Of a stretch of 64,000 nucleotides of DNA, positions 13,646-27,120 are shown piece after piece (position 1 is the stretch's first letter; the number at the start of each line of letters is the position of its first letter). The translations under genes and the position numbers were made by a program. The stretch covers positions 87,048,001 to 87,112,000 of the forward strand of contig OX597822.1 in the NCBI GenBank assembly GCA_951406725.2, read 5' to 3'. Under the pieces are notes generated by a model, which saw nothing but the letters and a program-made list of their open reading frames with translations, ran no database searches and was not told the origin of the DNA. The stretch is from Octopus vulgaris. Its lineage: Eukaryota.

Positions 13646-15049
13646 TAACTACGAACATAACTCCAACTGGTTACCACACACACACACACACACACACACA
13701 AACCACATACTTACACATAGATATGTGCACAAATAATTGCATATGATATACATAGCAAAGATACTTCAGGTACAAAAGTCTACTGTTTAAAACCTGTTAA
13801 TAAAGTGTTTTGAGTCCCAATAAATTGTATTTAATATCTAAGTGAAATTAGGTACTTAATTTAATGAAACTTATAAGTAAACCTAAAACTGAGCACTGGG
13901 TACAGATTATATTTTTACAAGTGAAATGTATTAACACATAAGAAAATGATGGGATTTGAACCTATGTCTTCTTATTTAACCAAATACAAATTTAATTGCG
14001 GAGAAAATGTAGATTTGAATCCCATCAGATCCTGCCTGTCTGTCTCTCATATGAATACGCTCTTAGCGTGATGTACTTTATTTAGAAATATAAACATTCA
14101 ACCAGATTAATTATTTTAATAAAAGTAAGTTTGTTGATGTTGAAATAATCTCCGAACATTTTAATTAAAATAATTTTAGGTTTGGTATCTTTGTGTTTGC
14201 TTCTGTCAAAAGAAAAGAACAGAAAAATTTAAAAGGCAAAGAAAAAACACATTTTAGTGAAATTTAATATTTCGTAGATATGTGAAAAGCCAGGTATTTT
14301 CTCGTTTTGTATAAATTAACTGTTCATCTGAGAGATGTATAAACTCTAGAAGGAATGCAGTTGACAAGAGTTAGGGTTTAGTTTCCATCTTCTGTAGTTT
14401 GTAAATAATGGCACACACTTAACATGGTGCGAATTTTATTTAAAAGTTAATGAATTTGTAGAAAGTTTTCTTGTTTTATGAAAGAATTCATCTCACAGTA
14501 AATAAAGCTGCTTTAGGATTTGAAAAAAAAATGTAGAAAACAGTCCAAGAGAGGTAACTCAAATAGGTTAATGACATGTATTTTAGGTAAATACATAGAG
14601 TGGAAGAGTACTGGATAGTGTAAGAAATTCTCAATAAATTGGTAGAACTGTTTTAATTGGAGAAAAAAGCCCAAAAACTTAAATTATGAGAGAAGGGAAT
14701 AATTTCAAGGAATGAAGAGTTAATTTCACGGAATTAATTAACAAGTAATGGATTGACAAACCTAGCAGAAAATTAGTTTACTGGTAACAGGGAGAGTAGT
14801 GGACATCTTTCAGGCTTGAGAATCGCTAATGATAACCACTTAGGTAATTTGTTTTTCTTTCTCTAAGAAGTAACTTTCCATTAATTGAGAGACTATTTTT
14901 ACACTGTCATTAAGTACATGACATCCCCCACCCCCACCCATTGTTTGTATTAGATTAATAAACAAACCATCTGATTGATGTTTTATAATACACATTAATG
15001 TCTTTAGTTTCTCTAAGCTGCATGGAACTCGAGTCAGAGAGGAGTGTGA

Positions 15050-16740
15050 AAAGGAATTCTACAATCTTCTAGCAAAGTGAAACAGTCTCCGATGAGAAGT
15101 TAACAATACTGTGTGGACTTGTTCACTCAGAACTTATTAAAAGTACAGTATAGGGTCTCTCCTTAACAGTTAGTACACCATCACCCACTGGTTTTTGCTG
15201 CCAGGATATGGTTTAAGGGTGGACTTCAGCTGTCAGTTGAAATGCTCAACCATATTTGCTGGTTGCAAGATGACAATCTGTGGAGTGAGTGTGCTTACAT
15301 CCAAAGAGATCAGCTTAGTGAGAAACATGGGAGACTCAAAGTGATATTCTTTCTCTGTTGTGGTTGTTGTGTACCAAAATATGGTAACCAGTGAAGTACC
15401 AGAGTTCTGGCAATAGATTCCATTGAAGTATCTGACAGTGGGAAGACTTCAGGCCAACAGAAGAATTGGTTGATGGAAGTCGATGCATAAAATTCAAAGA
15501 ATTGTAGGTATCATGAAAGTGCCAAGTGGTATTTTAATATGGCATGTGTCAGAAATGTTTCACAGTCAGGTATTCTGCCAATAATTCAGTCATGAAAAGG
15601 CAATATTTAGAGTCAATGGATTTCACTGTCATTTTAACTCACTGTCTCTCATATATCTTCTACTCTGAAACTAGATCCATCAATCAGCAAAACAAAGAGG
15701 AACTCTGGGTTTGTGGGGAACAAGTATTGTACCTTCAGCCAACATGGCTTTTAAGTTTGCATAAGAGCTGAACTCCTCACCATTTAGTGTTTCTCTTTAT
15801 TCAGTGTCAAAGAAGATCTGTGACTGGTTCAGTCACTGCAGTAAACAATGAATCTTTTATATAAATTTACGAAGCCCAGAAATTCTCATGATTTCTGCAG
15901 TGATGTTGGTGTCGGTAAATCTACAATGGCCCTCCCTTTCTCAAGGAATAAGCAGATTTTGTCCTTGTTTGTTCTATGTGCAAGGAATGATAGAGATGTA
16001 ACTCCAAATATGTATTTATGGATGTTGTTTGCAGTTACTCATTGGAAATACAGATGCAGATATTTTCTTTGTTCTTCTTTGGAATTATTTGCGATAGTAA
16101 ATTGTCAATATACACATAGACAAACCACTGTGTGTCATAGAATCCATGAAATGCTGAAATGACTGTGTGGCATCACATGGGCCAAAAAGTACCTGTAAGA
16201 ATTTAAAACATCTGAAAGGTGGGGTGATTGCTGCTTTTAGATGATCCACAGGTATGACAAGGGCTTGGTTGTCTACTCTCACCCGTGATCATCGAAAATA
16301 TACTGACCCCATGAAGCAGACTAGAAAAATCTTGCAAATGAGGGACTGAGTTAGTATCAGGTACTGTGTTGTTGTTGAGTACAAGACAGTCTTTGCAAGA
16401 GCACCAGCTGTCCACTATTTGCTTCCAGACCAAATATAGTAGCAATGATGGGCAAATAATTCTAAGGGCTACCATGTGTTAGAATTCTTGCTTTGATGAC
16501 TTCAGATGATCTGGAGGGAGTCTTTGTGCCACTTGGTGTATGGAAAGAGGAAGTCTTGTAGCCATTGGTGGGCCATGGGTGTCAACAGGGTGGGTAACAG
16601 TGTTAGATTAGTTTGTCTTAAAAAACAGGACAAGCAGTGTTTGGATATTTGTGGAGAAGAGCAGTGTATCATATAATAACAAAACTGATTGTAGGGTGTC
16701 TGAGCAGTTATGCCAGGCACAGTAAGGTTGGTAGTGGTAT
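15050..16740 (-). mobile_element. Decayed Ty3/Gypsy LTR retrotransposon pol (RT to integrase)
   Basis: RT motifs NNNTVPD..VPHLQDFSSLLHGVSIFS and KAAITPPF..F..FG...ATQSFQHFMD (16085-16475). Integrase traces PL.D.SMESIARTLVLHW..FG, FES and MVEHF..QLKS at about 15220-15445. Many stops and frameshifts. Confidence 0.85.
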
Positions 16741-17021
16741 TGGTAAGCCTGTGACATTAAACATCTACTAAAGGGCTGAGATGCTGTAAGAAATAAACCC
16801 CTAAAATAAGAGCCAGCAATTTAGTAATAACAGAAGCCTACTAAAAAACTCATTGAAGGCCCAAGTCCTCAAACTGAGCTTTGATGTTTACAAATGACAG
16901 GGTTGGGTTGTGTGTCTAGATTGGTGATACCTTCAAAATAATTGCTGCCTGAGTCACAGCCTTATCTGCTGATGAAAAAAGCATTGATTCAAACACTGAG
17001 TTAGACACATATAGGATGAAA

Positions 17022-17225
17022 TCATCATCATCATCATCCTTATTAAACATCTGTTTTCCATGCTGGCATGAATTGGTTGGTTTGACAGGAGCTGATAAGG
17101 CCAGGGGCTGCACCAGGCTCCATTCTCTGTTCTGGCATGGTTTCTACAGCTGGATGCCCTTCTTAATGCCAACCACTCTACTGAGTATACTTGGTGCTTT
17201 TTTTTACATGGCACCAGCACCAGTG
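17022..17225 (-). mobile_element. RTE 3' end (family C), 5'-truncated
   Basis: (CAT)n, then ttaaacatctgttttccatgctggcatg...ggatgcccttcttaatgccaaccac. Confidence 0.8.
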
Positions 17226-18312
17226 CATTTTCTGTAGAACCATCACCAGTGCTTTGCAGAAAGGCTGATTGTTGTGCAGGGTGATTTACAGGGGTCATTA
17301 GATGTAACGAGTGAAGTGTAATATGTTGATAATTTCTAGTTGTCTTGAAATGAATTTACAAATCATAGTTTATACATTTTACTGATTTTTTTTTCCATTT
17401 GTTACATAATTGCACAGCTGTGATGAGTTGGCAAAAACAAGTTTGTTTTTATGGAGAATCATGTGTCCAGTCCTTATAGTTAGCCTGGCATTAAGTGTGC
17501 GGAAGGAGGAAAGTAAAGGGTGAAAGACTTACAAAAAAGAAGCTCTGTGTGTGTGTGCGTGCGTGTTTGAAAACCAAATTTTGGCAAAATTTCTTTGTGC
17601 CTGGCTGAAGGAAAGCGACTGAAAGTAACAAAAGTAAACTACGAAATGAGCAAATGAGCGAGTAGACTGGCTGCTATTTTTTACAGCCTGTCCTGAATAC
17701 ATACCTGTGTTAAATCCGAACTGGGTCACTGGAATTAGAGTTCAGTGGGCTTATCTAGTTTCACCTCTGTCTAATCTAAGATGATGACAAATTTGACAGC
17801 TTAAACAAATAACTATACAGTCTGAGAACAAAGGAAACGAACCTGAAGACTCAGGTTTCAATCCTTGGTTAGAAATCTGTTGTATAATTCCTATTGGCAA
17901 ATGCAAATTAAAAAACACATTTTATTAATTTTCTTCATCAAGAAGATCATAATCTTTAGAGTTATACATTAATATATGTAATATATGAGGTATCAGTTTG
18001 CACCATTTGTCTGTTAAATGCTGCCTTACCAAAAGTCAGGGAACACATATTTATAAAATGGTCGAGTTTTGTTTGGCTCGATTTTATTCTCTCCTGCCCA
18101 CCCTCCCTCGCACACACTCTGTTAATCTGTCTGCTTTAGACAGAGGAAGTTTATTATTTAGTTTGTCATGTATTTAAGGTCAACATACTTTATTGAGTTC
18201 AGGGAATCAAATATGTTGGTCTGTATGTGTGTGCACGTGTGTGTGTGTGTGTATACATGTGTGTATGTATGTATATGTGTATGTATGCATTTATATTATA
18301 TATATTTATACA

Positions 18313-18359
<47 letters not shown>

Positions 18360-18927
18360 ACATACTAACTGAATAGCCTATTGTTGGCCAGGCAATTTTT
18401 ACAATAGAATGTCTTATATGAATTTTTGTTTATTCCATGTCAGACCATGCCTTCCCCGACAGATAGAGCTTTTGATCAGGACAGATTTGTGCAGTTTTCT
18501 GCAAAAAACTTCATTGAGGATTTTTTTACCTTTTTAAATTATTTACATGTCTGTTCAACCATTTCACATGACTTCATTCATTAAAACTTATTACAACTTG
18601 AGAAGTTCTTACAACTTTGCTTGTCGTAATGCTTTCATTTGTTTAATGAAAATTCCTCCTCCTAATGATTTTGCTTTAATTTTGTGATAGAAAGCTATCA
18701 TGCAGAGAATGCCAGCTTCCAAAACCTGTTTTCTGATTAGGTAAAATAGATTAAACTTTAAACTTCAGTAACATTTTTCTGCAATTTTTCTAGAACAAAT
18801 AAATAATGCAATTGGATGTAATGTGGAAAATGACTTCAATATACCAAATTTGAAAGTTTGATGTACAATATGTGACAGCTACAGGGAAGACCCTTCAAAA
18901 GCAGAGAGACAGACAGTTATAGCATGT

Positions 18928-18986
<59 letters not shown>
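18928..18986. repeat. (CA)n microsatellite
   Basis: Seen directly. Confidence 0.95.
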
Positions 18987-18988
<2 letters not shown>

Positions 18989-19439
18989 CCAAGCATACAC
19001 ATAGGTAAATCACAGATTTAAAATGGTGTATAGTAGACATGTATGTATATGTGTGTGTGTGTCTGTATGTGAGTGTGTCTGTGTGTGAGGGTATCTTTGT
19101 GATGAACAGCAGAAAGGCCACCTACCCCACTCTCTCCATAAAGCTATGTATTCCTCACACCCACCTTTCTTTCCCTTCCTTGGCATTTTAAAAGTTAGTG
19201 ATGTGTATGTTCATGTGTAGTGTATGTGTGTGTGTATGCATGTATCTATGTATTTACAAAAGTATGTATGCAGGCTCATGTGTATATGGCAGCTGTATTA
19301 ACATTAGCATCTCATTGCCACTCCATATTTGTTGCTTACACAATATTGTTCTCTCCTTTCCTAATATCAGTCACACTCACCTCTGCTACTACATTCCCTC
19401 AGAGTAATACTCTTTACACTCTTCTCATTTTATCATATA

Positions 19440-19610
19440 ATTCGCCGTTCCCCTCTAGGAGGCCCATTATCGATTTTTATTGAAATTCAATTAGCCGATT
19501 ATCGAACTGGATGTTAGTTTAACAGGTATGCAAAGTTTCATGAAGATTGGTTCCTTGGTTTTGGCAGTAAGATGGTAACAGTCAGACATAAATTGCTATT
19601 TATATATAAC
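19440..19610 (+). mobile_element. Non-autonomous Helitron-like repeat end (possible)
   Basis: gcaaagtttcatgaagattgg...cagtcagacata..tttatatata resembles ends of invertebrate non-autonomous Helitron-type repeats; recognised from memory only. Confidence 0.3.
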
Positions 19611-20663
19611 ATATATGTGTCTGTGTTTGTGTATATACACACACACACACACACACACACATAGCACTGATAACAATGTGACTTTCCCTGAAAAACTTCC
19701 AAAATTTTAGTTCAAGACTGACAATTGTTTTTTTGTTTTAAATTACTATATTTTATGAACACAACGTTGTTTACTGGGTTATACTTAAAAATAGATGCAA
19801 ATAGTATTTAGAACTCAATTTAGAAATCCTTTGTTAGTTTTCTCTTATCCCAATCCATTTGCACATTGTGGTGGAGTTAAAGTCACCCATAAAATAACTG
19901 CTTTCATTGTTTCTGGTTGTTCTAGTTAGAAGTTAAAATGTTATCAAGGCATTCTGTGAAATGATCTTTGTATGAATTCAGGTAGGTGTCCTGTTGTGGT
20001 GTATCCTTGACACTTATACATCAAAGTATTGGCATCTATTGTTGCTATTTGACAAAACCATTACAAAATGCATTACTAGCTCTGTTTGTGTCTTCTGTGT
20101 GTCTATGCGGAAAAAAATCAGTGATACCTCACAGTAGGAGTTTAATCATTCCATGACCGAGCTCGTCTCATTTTACAAACCAATTTTACCCATTGAAATT
20201 AACTAAGATATAATTAATCCATTCCAGCCCCTCAAAACCACTCAAAACAATTTTTTATGAGTTTTAAAACAGAAAAGGTGTAGTTACAAGTATGTAAGAG
20301 AATGCAAAGGAAATATGTGAATGATTTTATTAATTGAATTACCTTAAAGATGGGATGATTTGTGTGCTTGTCCTGTGGATTTCCTATTGTACTTCAAGAC
20401 AAAAATTTGCATAAGTCTCAGCTCGTACAGTAAATTACTCGTTCAATGGTGCACTCGTTCTGTGAGGTTCTACTGTATTTAATTTCAGTCTAATGATCCT
20501 CTATTCTAAAACATAAGCAAGTATAATTTGTAATCTCTCATCAGCCTTTCTTATTCTGTATGATTTCATATGAAACACAACTTTCAAACATTTAATGACT
20601 TCCCCGGCCTTCCTCTTTTTTGAATCTTCATTTCTCATCGGCCCATAATATATTTTCAAGACT

Positions 20664-20903
20664 ACTCTGAGAGTGTAGTGGGTGCTTTTTACGTGCCACC
20701 GGCACGCTGAGTGTGTAGTGCGTAAAAAGCGCCCACTACACTCTCGGAGTGGTTGGCGTTAGGAAGGGCATCCAGCTGTAGAAACTCTGCCAGATCAAGA
20801 TTGGAGACTGGTGCAGCCATCTGGTTTGCCAGCCCTCAATCAAAATTGTCCAACCTATGCTAGCATGGAAAGCGGACATTAAACGATGATGAGGATGATG
20901 ATG
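20664..20903 (+). mobile_element. RTE 3' end (family C) with a short 5' inverted segment
   Basis: ctctgagagtgtagtgggtgctttttacg (20665-20693) is complementary to cgtaaaaagcgcccactacactctcggag (20721-20749); (GAT)n tail at 20885-20903. Confidence 0.8.
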
Positions 20904-23900
20904 ACTCTCATGCAAAGCATTGTAATTTGTATTGATGTTGGTTGTGAAATCAAAAACAATGCAATGTAATTTTGTCACATTTACAGCACGGTCGTTAAGT
21001 GGTTGTGCCTTTGATCTCACTGCCCCATGCACAGGTCAAGTGTCTTCTGCTCTAACCTTAGATTTGATGAATGGAAACTGAATAGAAGCTGTTGTATATG
21101 TTGTGTGTGTGTGTGTGTGTGTTTTGTTACACCAGTGTTAATTAGATTTGATTATGTTGTATTTTTTTGTGTTCTTTAACTCAGTGGTATGATGAAAAGA
21201 TTGATAAAATATTAGCAGACTGCAGTTAGCATTAGGATCAATAGAATAAACTAAACCCTTTTAGTTTTGATATTAGTTGGGTGTGAAGGAAGGGTCTGTA
21301 TCCATGGCCTTCACAGGCAGTGTGACTGGGAAGATTAAGGTTAGGCGTTAGCATTTGTCTAATTGCAAGTCAACACCTCCAACAAAAATAAGTGTGAGGA
21401 GAGAATTGCAGACACATACGTATCGTTCTGGGGAGGAAGCTCTGGGAGAGAAATAGTGTAAGGCCTGAGGGTGGCAAAAGGAGGAAAGATGAGTGATTTG
21501 GGAATATCAAACTGAAGGTATTTTGAGACTAGCGACTGTTTGGTGCTGGCCACTTGGAGACGGTGCTTGAAGCTAGTCAAAGAATAAAAAGTTAAATTAT
21601 TGCACTCTGAAAAAGAACCTTACAAAAACTCGGTTTGAAGAATAAGTGAAACAAATTTTGTGCATTCCACCACCACTTGTGTCTTCTTTCTAGTTTCCCA
21701 ACTACTCAATCTTGTATCTCTATTACAAACCACTGAAGCCGGTTCTCCCTCAAATACTGATCTCCCCCATATAGTTAAGGACACTTACCCCAGCCCCCTT
21801 CCCCCAGCATGGGTCGAATGGGCTTTAAAAGATGTTGATGTTAATATGCCTGCACAACTGTCTTTCACCCAATTTCTTTCCTCCCTGAGACATCCTCTCC
21901 ACCACTCATCACCTCTTCCTTGATACTACTTACTTTTCTTACTACCCAGAGCCATTTCACTTGTTGTCCACCTTTCATCCATTAATGCTGTTCTTTCTAC
22001 CGACATTTTCACCGATTCCCCCCATTCCCCTTGAGCAACTAATTATATCTCCCCTCACCCTCCTCATATTCTATTCCTACCTCTCTCTCTTCCCCATTCA
22101 CTCCTCTAGTTTACCAAACACTATCCCTTGCCTCTCATCCTTCTCCTGTCTACTCTTTCATCATTATTATTCTGCTGTTCCACACTATCAACCATCTTCC
22201 ACTTTTCCCTCACTCCAGCTCCTACCGCTTCACTCATTTCTACCCGAACCATGCACTGAAGATTCACTCAGAAACCTCATCGCCATTATTTATTTGTTTA
22301 TTTATTTTTGTCCTTTCTTGTCACCCCACACGAGTCACCTTCACTGGGAAAGTAAATCATATTTATAACTGGGAAGATAAATCTGTATTTATAACTGACT
22401 CATAAAGTAAATGTTTATTTTGTTGTTCCATGGCAGGATTTACTTTTGATTACAAAAATGACAACTGTTCAGCTATCCAAACAAATTGCTGACACGAGTA
22501 AGAATAAAAGAACAATGAATTTAGTTTTGTCTTAGTGCTGGATAAATTATACAGCTCTCATGTTTTATGTTAGACATTTTATGTTCAGGTTTGCAAGTAC
22601 AAGTTTCTCTGTATGTTACATCGCAATTCTTTTCCCACAGTTTCACTGGAACTTTTAAATGAAATGTTTTTAAAAATTTTAACTGTTTTTTTATCTTTAT
22701 CTTGTAAGTTGTCTGACTAACCCTATTGTACCTGCTTTAAACAGGGCTATGGCTTAATCGTTCACCTTACTGATTCCTTCTTCTTCTTAGACACATCTAT
22801 TGAAAAGTTGCACAATCAATGAATGACTTAATTCTCAAATATTATATTCTTTAGGTCAATATCTTGGCTTATCTCTTTGATTTGTCTTCTACTTGTTCAA
22901 AAAGTTTGATGACCAAAATTTTTAAAATGGTGACATGGCAAAAGAAGTCTTCTAACTCTGAGTTGTTCTTGTTGTACTTACCAAAGGGCAGCCTCTAATT
23001 TCCCTTGAACAACACCTTACTATTTTGTGTTGTGTTGTGTTGTTTTGTGTGTGTGTGTGTGTGTACAAATAAGACCCTTTCATGAAATCAAGACATGTCA
23101 GAAATAGCAGCCAAACCTCCCTTAAATCAAAATCTTATAAATCTTATAAATGCATATGAAGCTTAGACTTAGCCGTGTGATTAAGAAGTTCCATTCAGAA
23201 CGACATATTTCTGTCCCAGTGTCTTCCAACGTAGCATCTTCAGGCTGACCAGAAAAAGTCTTATGAGTTTAAGAAATTCATCTCACAACAACCTGGTTTT
23301 CAGCTCAATCCCATTGTACAGCACCATGGGTAAGTATTTTCTATCATGAGCTGGGTCAACCAACACTTTTTGAATGAATTTGTTAATCAGAAACTGTAGG
23401 CAGCCCTTCATATGTGTATGTAAATGTGTCAGGTTAGGAAAATCCTGTTACTGGTACCATGTAACCCTGTACTACCTGTTTCATGGTTGGGTGGTCACTT
23501 ACTAAACTGATTCCCCCACCTGGCTTGCCCAGTGAGGAAGGACCTAATAAGGGGATAAAAACAAGATTTGTTAAAGGACAGATGAGCTCATGGCGGGCTA
23601 ACAAATGGTGTCTCATAAAAGCATCCAGCAGATGAGTTGGCAAACCGTGCAGATAGTCCAAGACCATAGTCATGAAAACTCCTGTGAGAGACATCCATGA
23701 GCAATGTGGCATAGAGTAGTGGAAAGAGAAATATGAAGATTGATATAGTTTTGTTTATACTCCTTGTTGAAATTACCACTTTGCACTTTGAAAGACCTAT
23801 AGAATAAAAAAAAAAAAAGATCCCTTACTTAATAAACACGTAAGAGTTGGCAGGAGGAGGAGCACCCAGACTCAACTACATCCCCATTCAACCCATACAA

Positions 23901-24619
23901 ACAGGAAAACATAACGAAGGAAGGAAATGTGTGTGTGTGTGTGTGTGTATGCTTGTATGCTTGTATATATGAATGCATGCATACAGACATATATATATGC
24001 GTAGCTGCCAATTCTCCCTCAAATTGTTCCTGTTTCTCATATTTAATAAATATCTTGGCCCATTCTGCTCTGTTAGTTGCATTTAAAACAAAAGATCTCC
24101 ATTTCAAACAAAAGTTATTACAGTTCTCCTAAAATCATCACAATTTGAATCTGTAATGTTAATTTTTACTCACACACACTCTTTCTCTCCTCTCTCTCTC
24201 AACTTTTGAAAAACATCAAATAAAATTATAAGCTGTAGAAGTTGATGTGCTTATCCCAAAATTTGAAACCTTTTTTGATTAAATTTTTTTCCCATAAAAT
24301 TCAGATTTTAATATTTCAAATGATTCCTTCCAGTATTTTCTGTTATATTATGGAACATAAATTGTGTACATATCAGAGAGAAAATTGGGGTGACACTTAA
24401 TGCACATCCTTTATTTCTTGGCTTAAAAATCTGGGAAAAAGTACATTATGTGAATAAATATGATATTAATAACTGAGCAAGGTTTGATACTACTGCTTGT
24501 ATGTTTATAGGAAAGACCATATTCTTATCATTCTACTTGTAGATATGTTTTAATGTTAAGATACTTATAGCATACAGAAGGTGCGAATTCTCTGAAAATC
24601 CTTGTATTAGACCATTATC

Positions 24620-24810
24620 TCACATACCATAGCTGGTACCATGTAAAAAAAGTACCCTGTACTGGCATTCGGAAGAGCATCCAGTTGTAGAAACCATGCC
24701 AGAACAGACAGTAGACCCTGGTCTGGCTCCTGGCCTTGCTAGATCCTGTCAAACCATCCAACCCATCCCAGAATGGAAAATGGATGTTCAATGATGATGA
24801 TGATGATGAT
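24620..24810 (+). mobile_element. RTE 3' end (family C)
   Basis: ggcattcggaagagcatccagttgtagaaaccatgcc...ccatccaacccatccc..tggatgttcaat(gat)n. Confidence 0.75.
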
Positions 24811-26064
24811 AATGACAGCGGTGGCGGCGGTGGTGATGACGGCAGCAGGGACAACAACGATCACTAGTTATTGGGTATACATTATCAGTTGATACAAATA
24901 TTATCTACATCATAGTCACTATGATTGCCATTGCTACCCCCACCTTCGCCATCATCATTATCATCAGCATCCTAATACCTTTCTTTTCGGTGGTAGCATG
25001 AATTGGATAGGTCTGTAATAGTTGTCCTCAGGTTTTTTGTGAGGTCCAGTATTTTCAGTTTTCCTTTAATTACTTCTTAACAAGTTTGTCAGCTAATCTC
25101 TACAGGTATTTTTCTACAGCCAGGTGAAAACACATTTCAATTCAAATTGTTTACAATGGCAAAATCAATAGTTGCCATCCAATCTAGTTTCTCTTTGCCA
25201 CTTAAGTCTTCTTTCTTATATACAGTTCTTAATTTTGATTTCTTAGCAATTTTCTATTTAACACAAATGATATTTTAAAGATTGTTTTCTTGCTTTTTTT
25301 TTTCCTTTTTACAAATTACTTTATCACTAATTGCAACTAATTATGTCTAATGAACGCACAGTAACAACTCTGCTCCATGTGTATTATTCAACTGTGTTGA
25401 TCACCATTGAAATGAAGAAACCTTTCTTTAGTTGCTTAATCTGTTAGAAATAGCAACCAAATTTCCTTCAAATTACATCTTATTGTTTTAAAAGAATTAT
25501 ATTGGATAATATAGTTTACAGTGTCTGCTAAAATAGCCAGCTGGCTTCATCTGGAATGCCTTTGCTCCTAGGTCAGGTCAATCAAGCTAAACAACAACAC
25601 CTGTCACCCTAATTAAGTTTCGTGATTTTCTGTTTTCGCAATCACTGTCACATACAACATGTGTCTGCATTTGTTCTGCATTGCACTGTTCTTCCTGACA
25701 ACATATACTGCGCAGTTATTCTTGACAACATAATTGTGCTGCACATTTGTTCCTAACATGATACTTTATTGATTTCTAATAGAAGCAATGACGTGGTATG
25801 TTTATGATGTTGGTATAAATCTCTAACGGCAAGTTCAAAACTTGAGTTGTCTGTTATTATAGTTTTCCATTGTTATTCAAGTAACACACCATCAACAGTC
25901 TCCAGGATTGAACTCCTGCCTAAGAGCACCACATGTAAAATACATGCAATGCCACAACAGCATTTAGCATAACAGTAATCGCACAGACTCAGTTGAAAGA
26001 CACAGTGTGAAGACAGATTAAGAATTATAGAATACTCTAAATATATATAATACATAAATATATA

Positions 26065-26540
26065 ATGGTATTGGTGCCACGTAAAAGACACCCAGTCCAC
26101 TCTGTAAAGTGGTTGGTGTTAGGAAGGGTATCCAGCCATAGAAACCATTACCAAAACATACAGCTGCAGCCTGGTGTGCACCCTAGCCTTACCAACTCCT
26201 CTTTCCCACAAGGGGCTAAACATAGAGGGAACAAACAAGGACAGACGAAGGGATTAAGTCGATTATATCGACCCCAGTGCGTAACTGGTACTTTATTTAT
26301 CGACCCCGAGAGGATGAAAGGCAAAGTCGACCTTGGCGGAATTTGAACTCAGAACGTAATGACAGACGAAATACCACTAAGCATTTCGCTCGGCGCGCTA
26401 ACGATTCTGCCAGCTTGCCACCTCCAACTCCTGTCAAACTCTCCAACCCATTCCAACATGAAAAGCAGATGTTAAATGATGATGTGATGGTGATTATGAT
26501 GATGATGACAACAACAATAATGATGATGATGATGATGATA
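26065..26540 (+). mobile_element. RTE 3' end (family C) interrupted by a SINE
   Basis: Family C sequence at 26065-26200 resumes at 26424 and ends in (GAT)n. Confidence 0.8.
26201..26423 (-). mobile_element. Young SINE family B with 9-bp TSD
   Basis: Reverse complement of 13329-13558, with CpGs retained; TSD ccaactcct at 26192-26200 and 26424-26432. Confidence 0.92.
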
Positions 26541-26904
26541 TCATTCTAGTCATGAAAGATAACTCCTATCAGTCATTATATGTTTGTGGTTTCTGAATTT
26601 CCTTTGGGATTCAACAGCCCCTACATTGTGTATTGTAGCAGTCGTTAGGCTGTCATGAAGACCAGCATAATTTAGTTGGCAGAATAGTTGGCAGTGTTGG
26701 AGATTACATATTAGTCACAGTGGTAACTGGAGAACTGGTGATGCTGATCTGTTTGAAATATTACTATTGGGGATCACACCATTAAATGGAAGGTCCACTG
26801 CAATCACTGAAGCTAGTGATGTTGGTCCTTTGATAACATTATCATGAGACATAAACGTCCTTTGGAAGAATATTTAGAAGTTATTTGTTCCATTTATATT
26901 AATT

Positions 26905-27120
26905 TTAAATTTCTGCACAAAGCCAGTAATTTTTTTTGTGGCAGAGAGTGGATAAGTCAATTACACTGACCCCAGTGTTCGACTAATACTTATTTTATCA
27001 ACCCCTAAACGATAAAAGACAAAGTCAACTTTGGGTGAATTTGAACTCAGAACAAAAAGACAGAAGAAATGCTGCTGAACCTTTTGCCCAATAGGCTAAT
27101 GATTCTGCCAGTTTGCCCCC
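26905..27120 (-). mobile_element. Old SINE family B copy
   Basis: gaccccagtg..tacttattttatcaacccc..aaagtcaac..atttgaactcagaac...gattctgccagtttgcc. Confidence 0.75.

Noticed and set aside
20440-20478. pogo/Tigger-like terminus gaggttctactg|ta
   Set aside because: Only one end is visible and no partner TIR was found, so the element cannot be delimited.
22250-22285. CTGAAGA...GAAAC hammerhead-like spacing after a pyrimidine-rich tract
   Set aside because: Stem II (ttcactca) does not pair and stem I cannot be closed; at best a very decayed relic.
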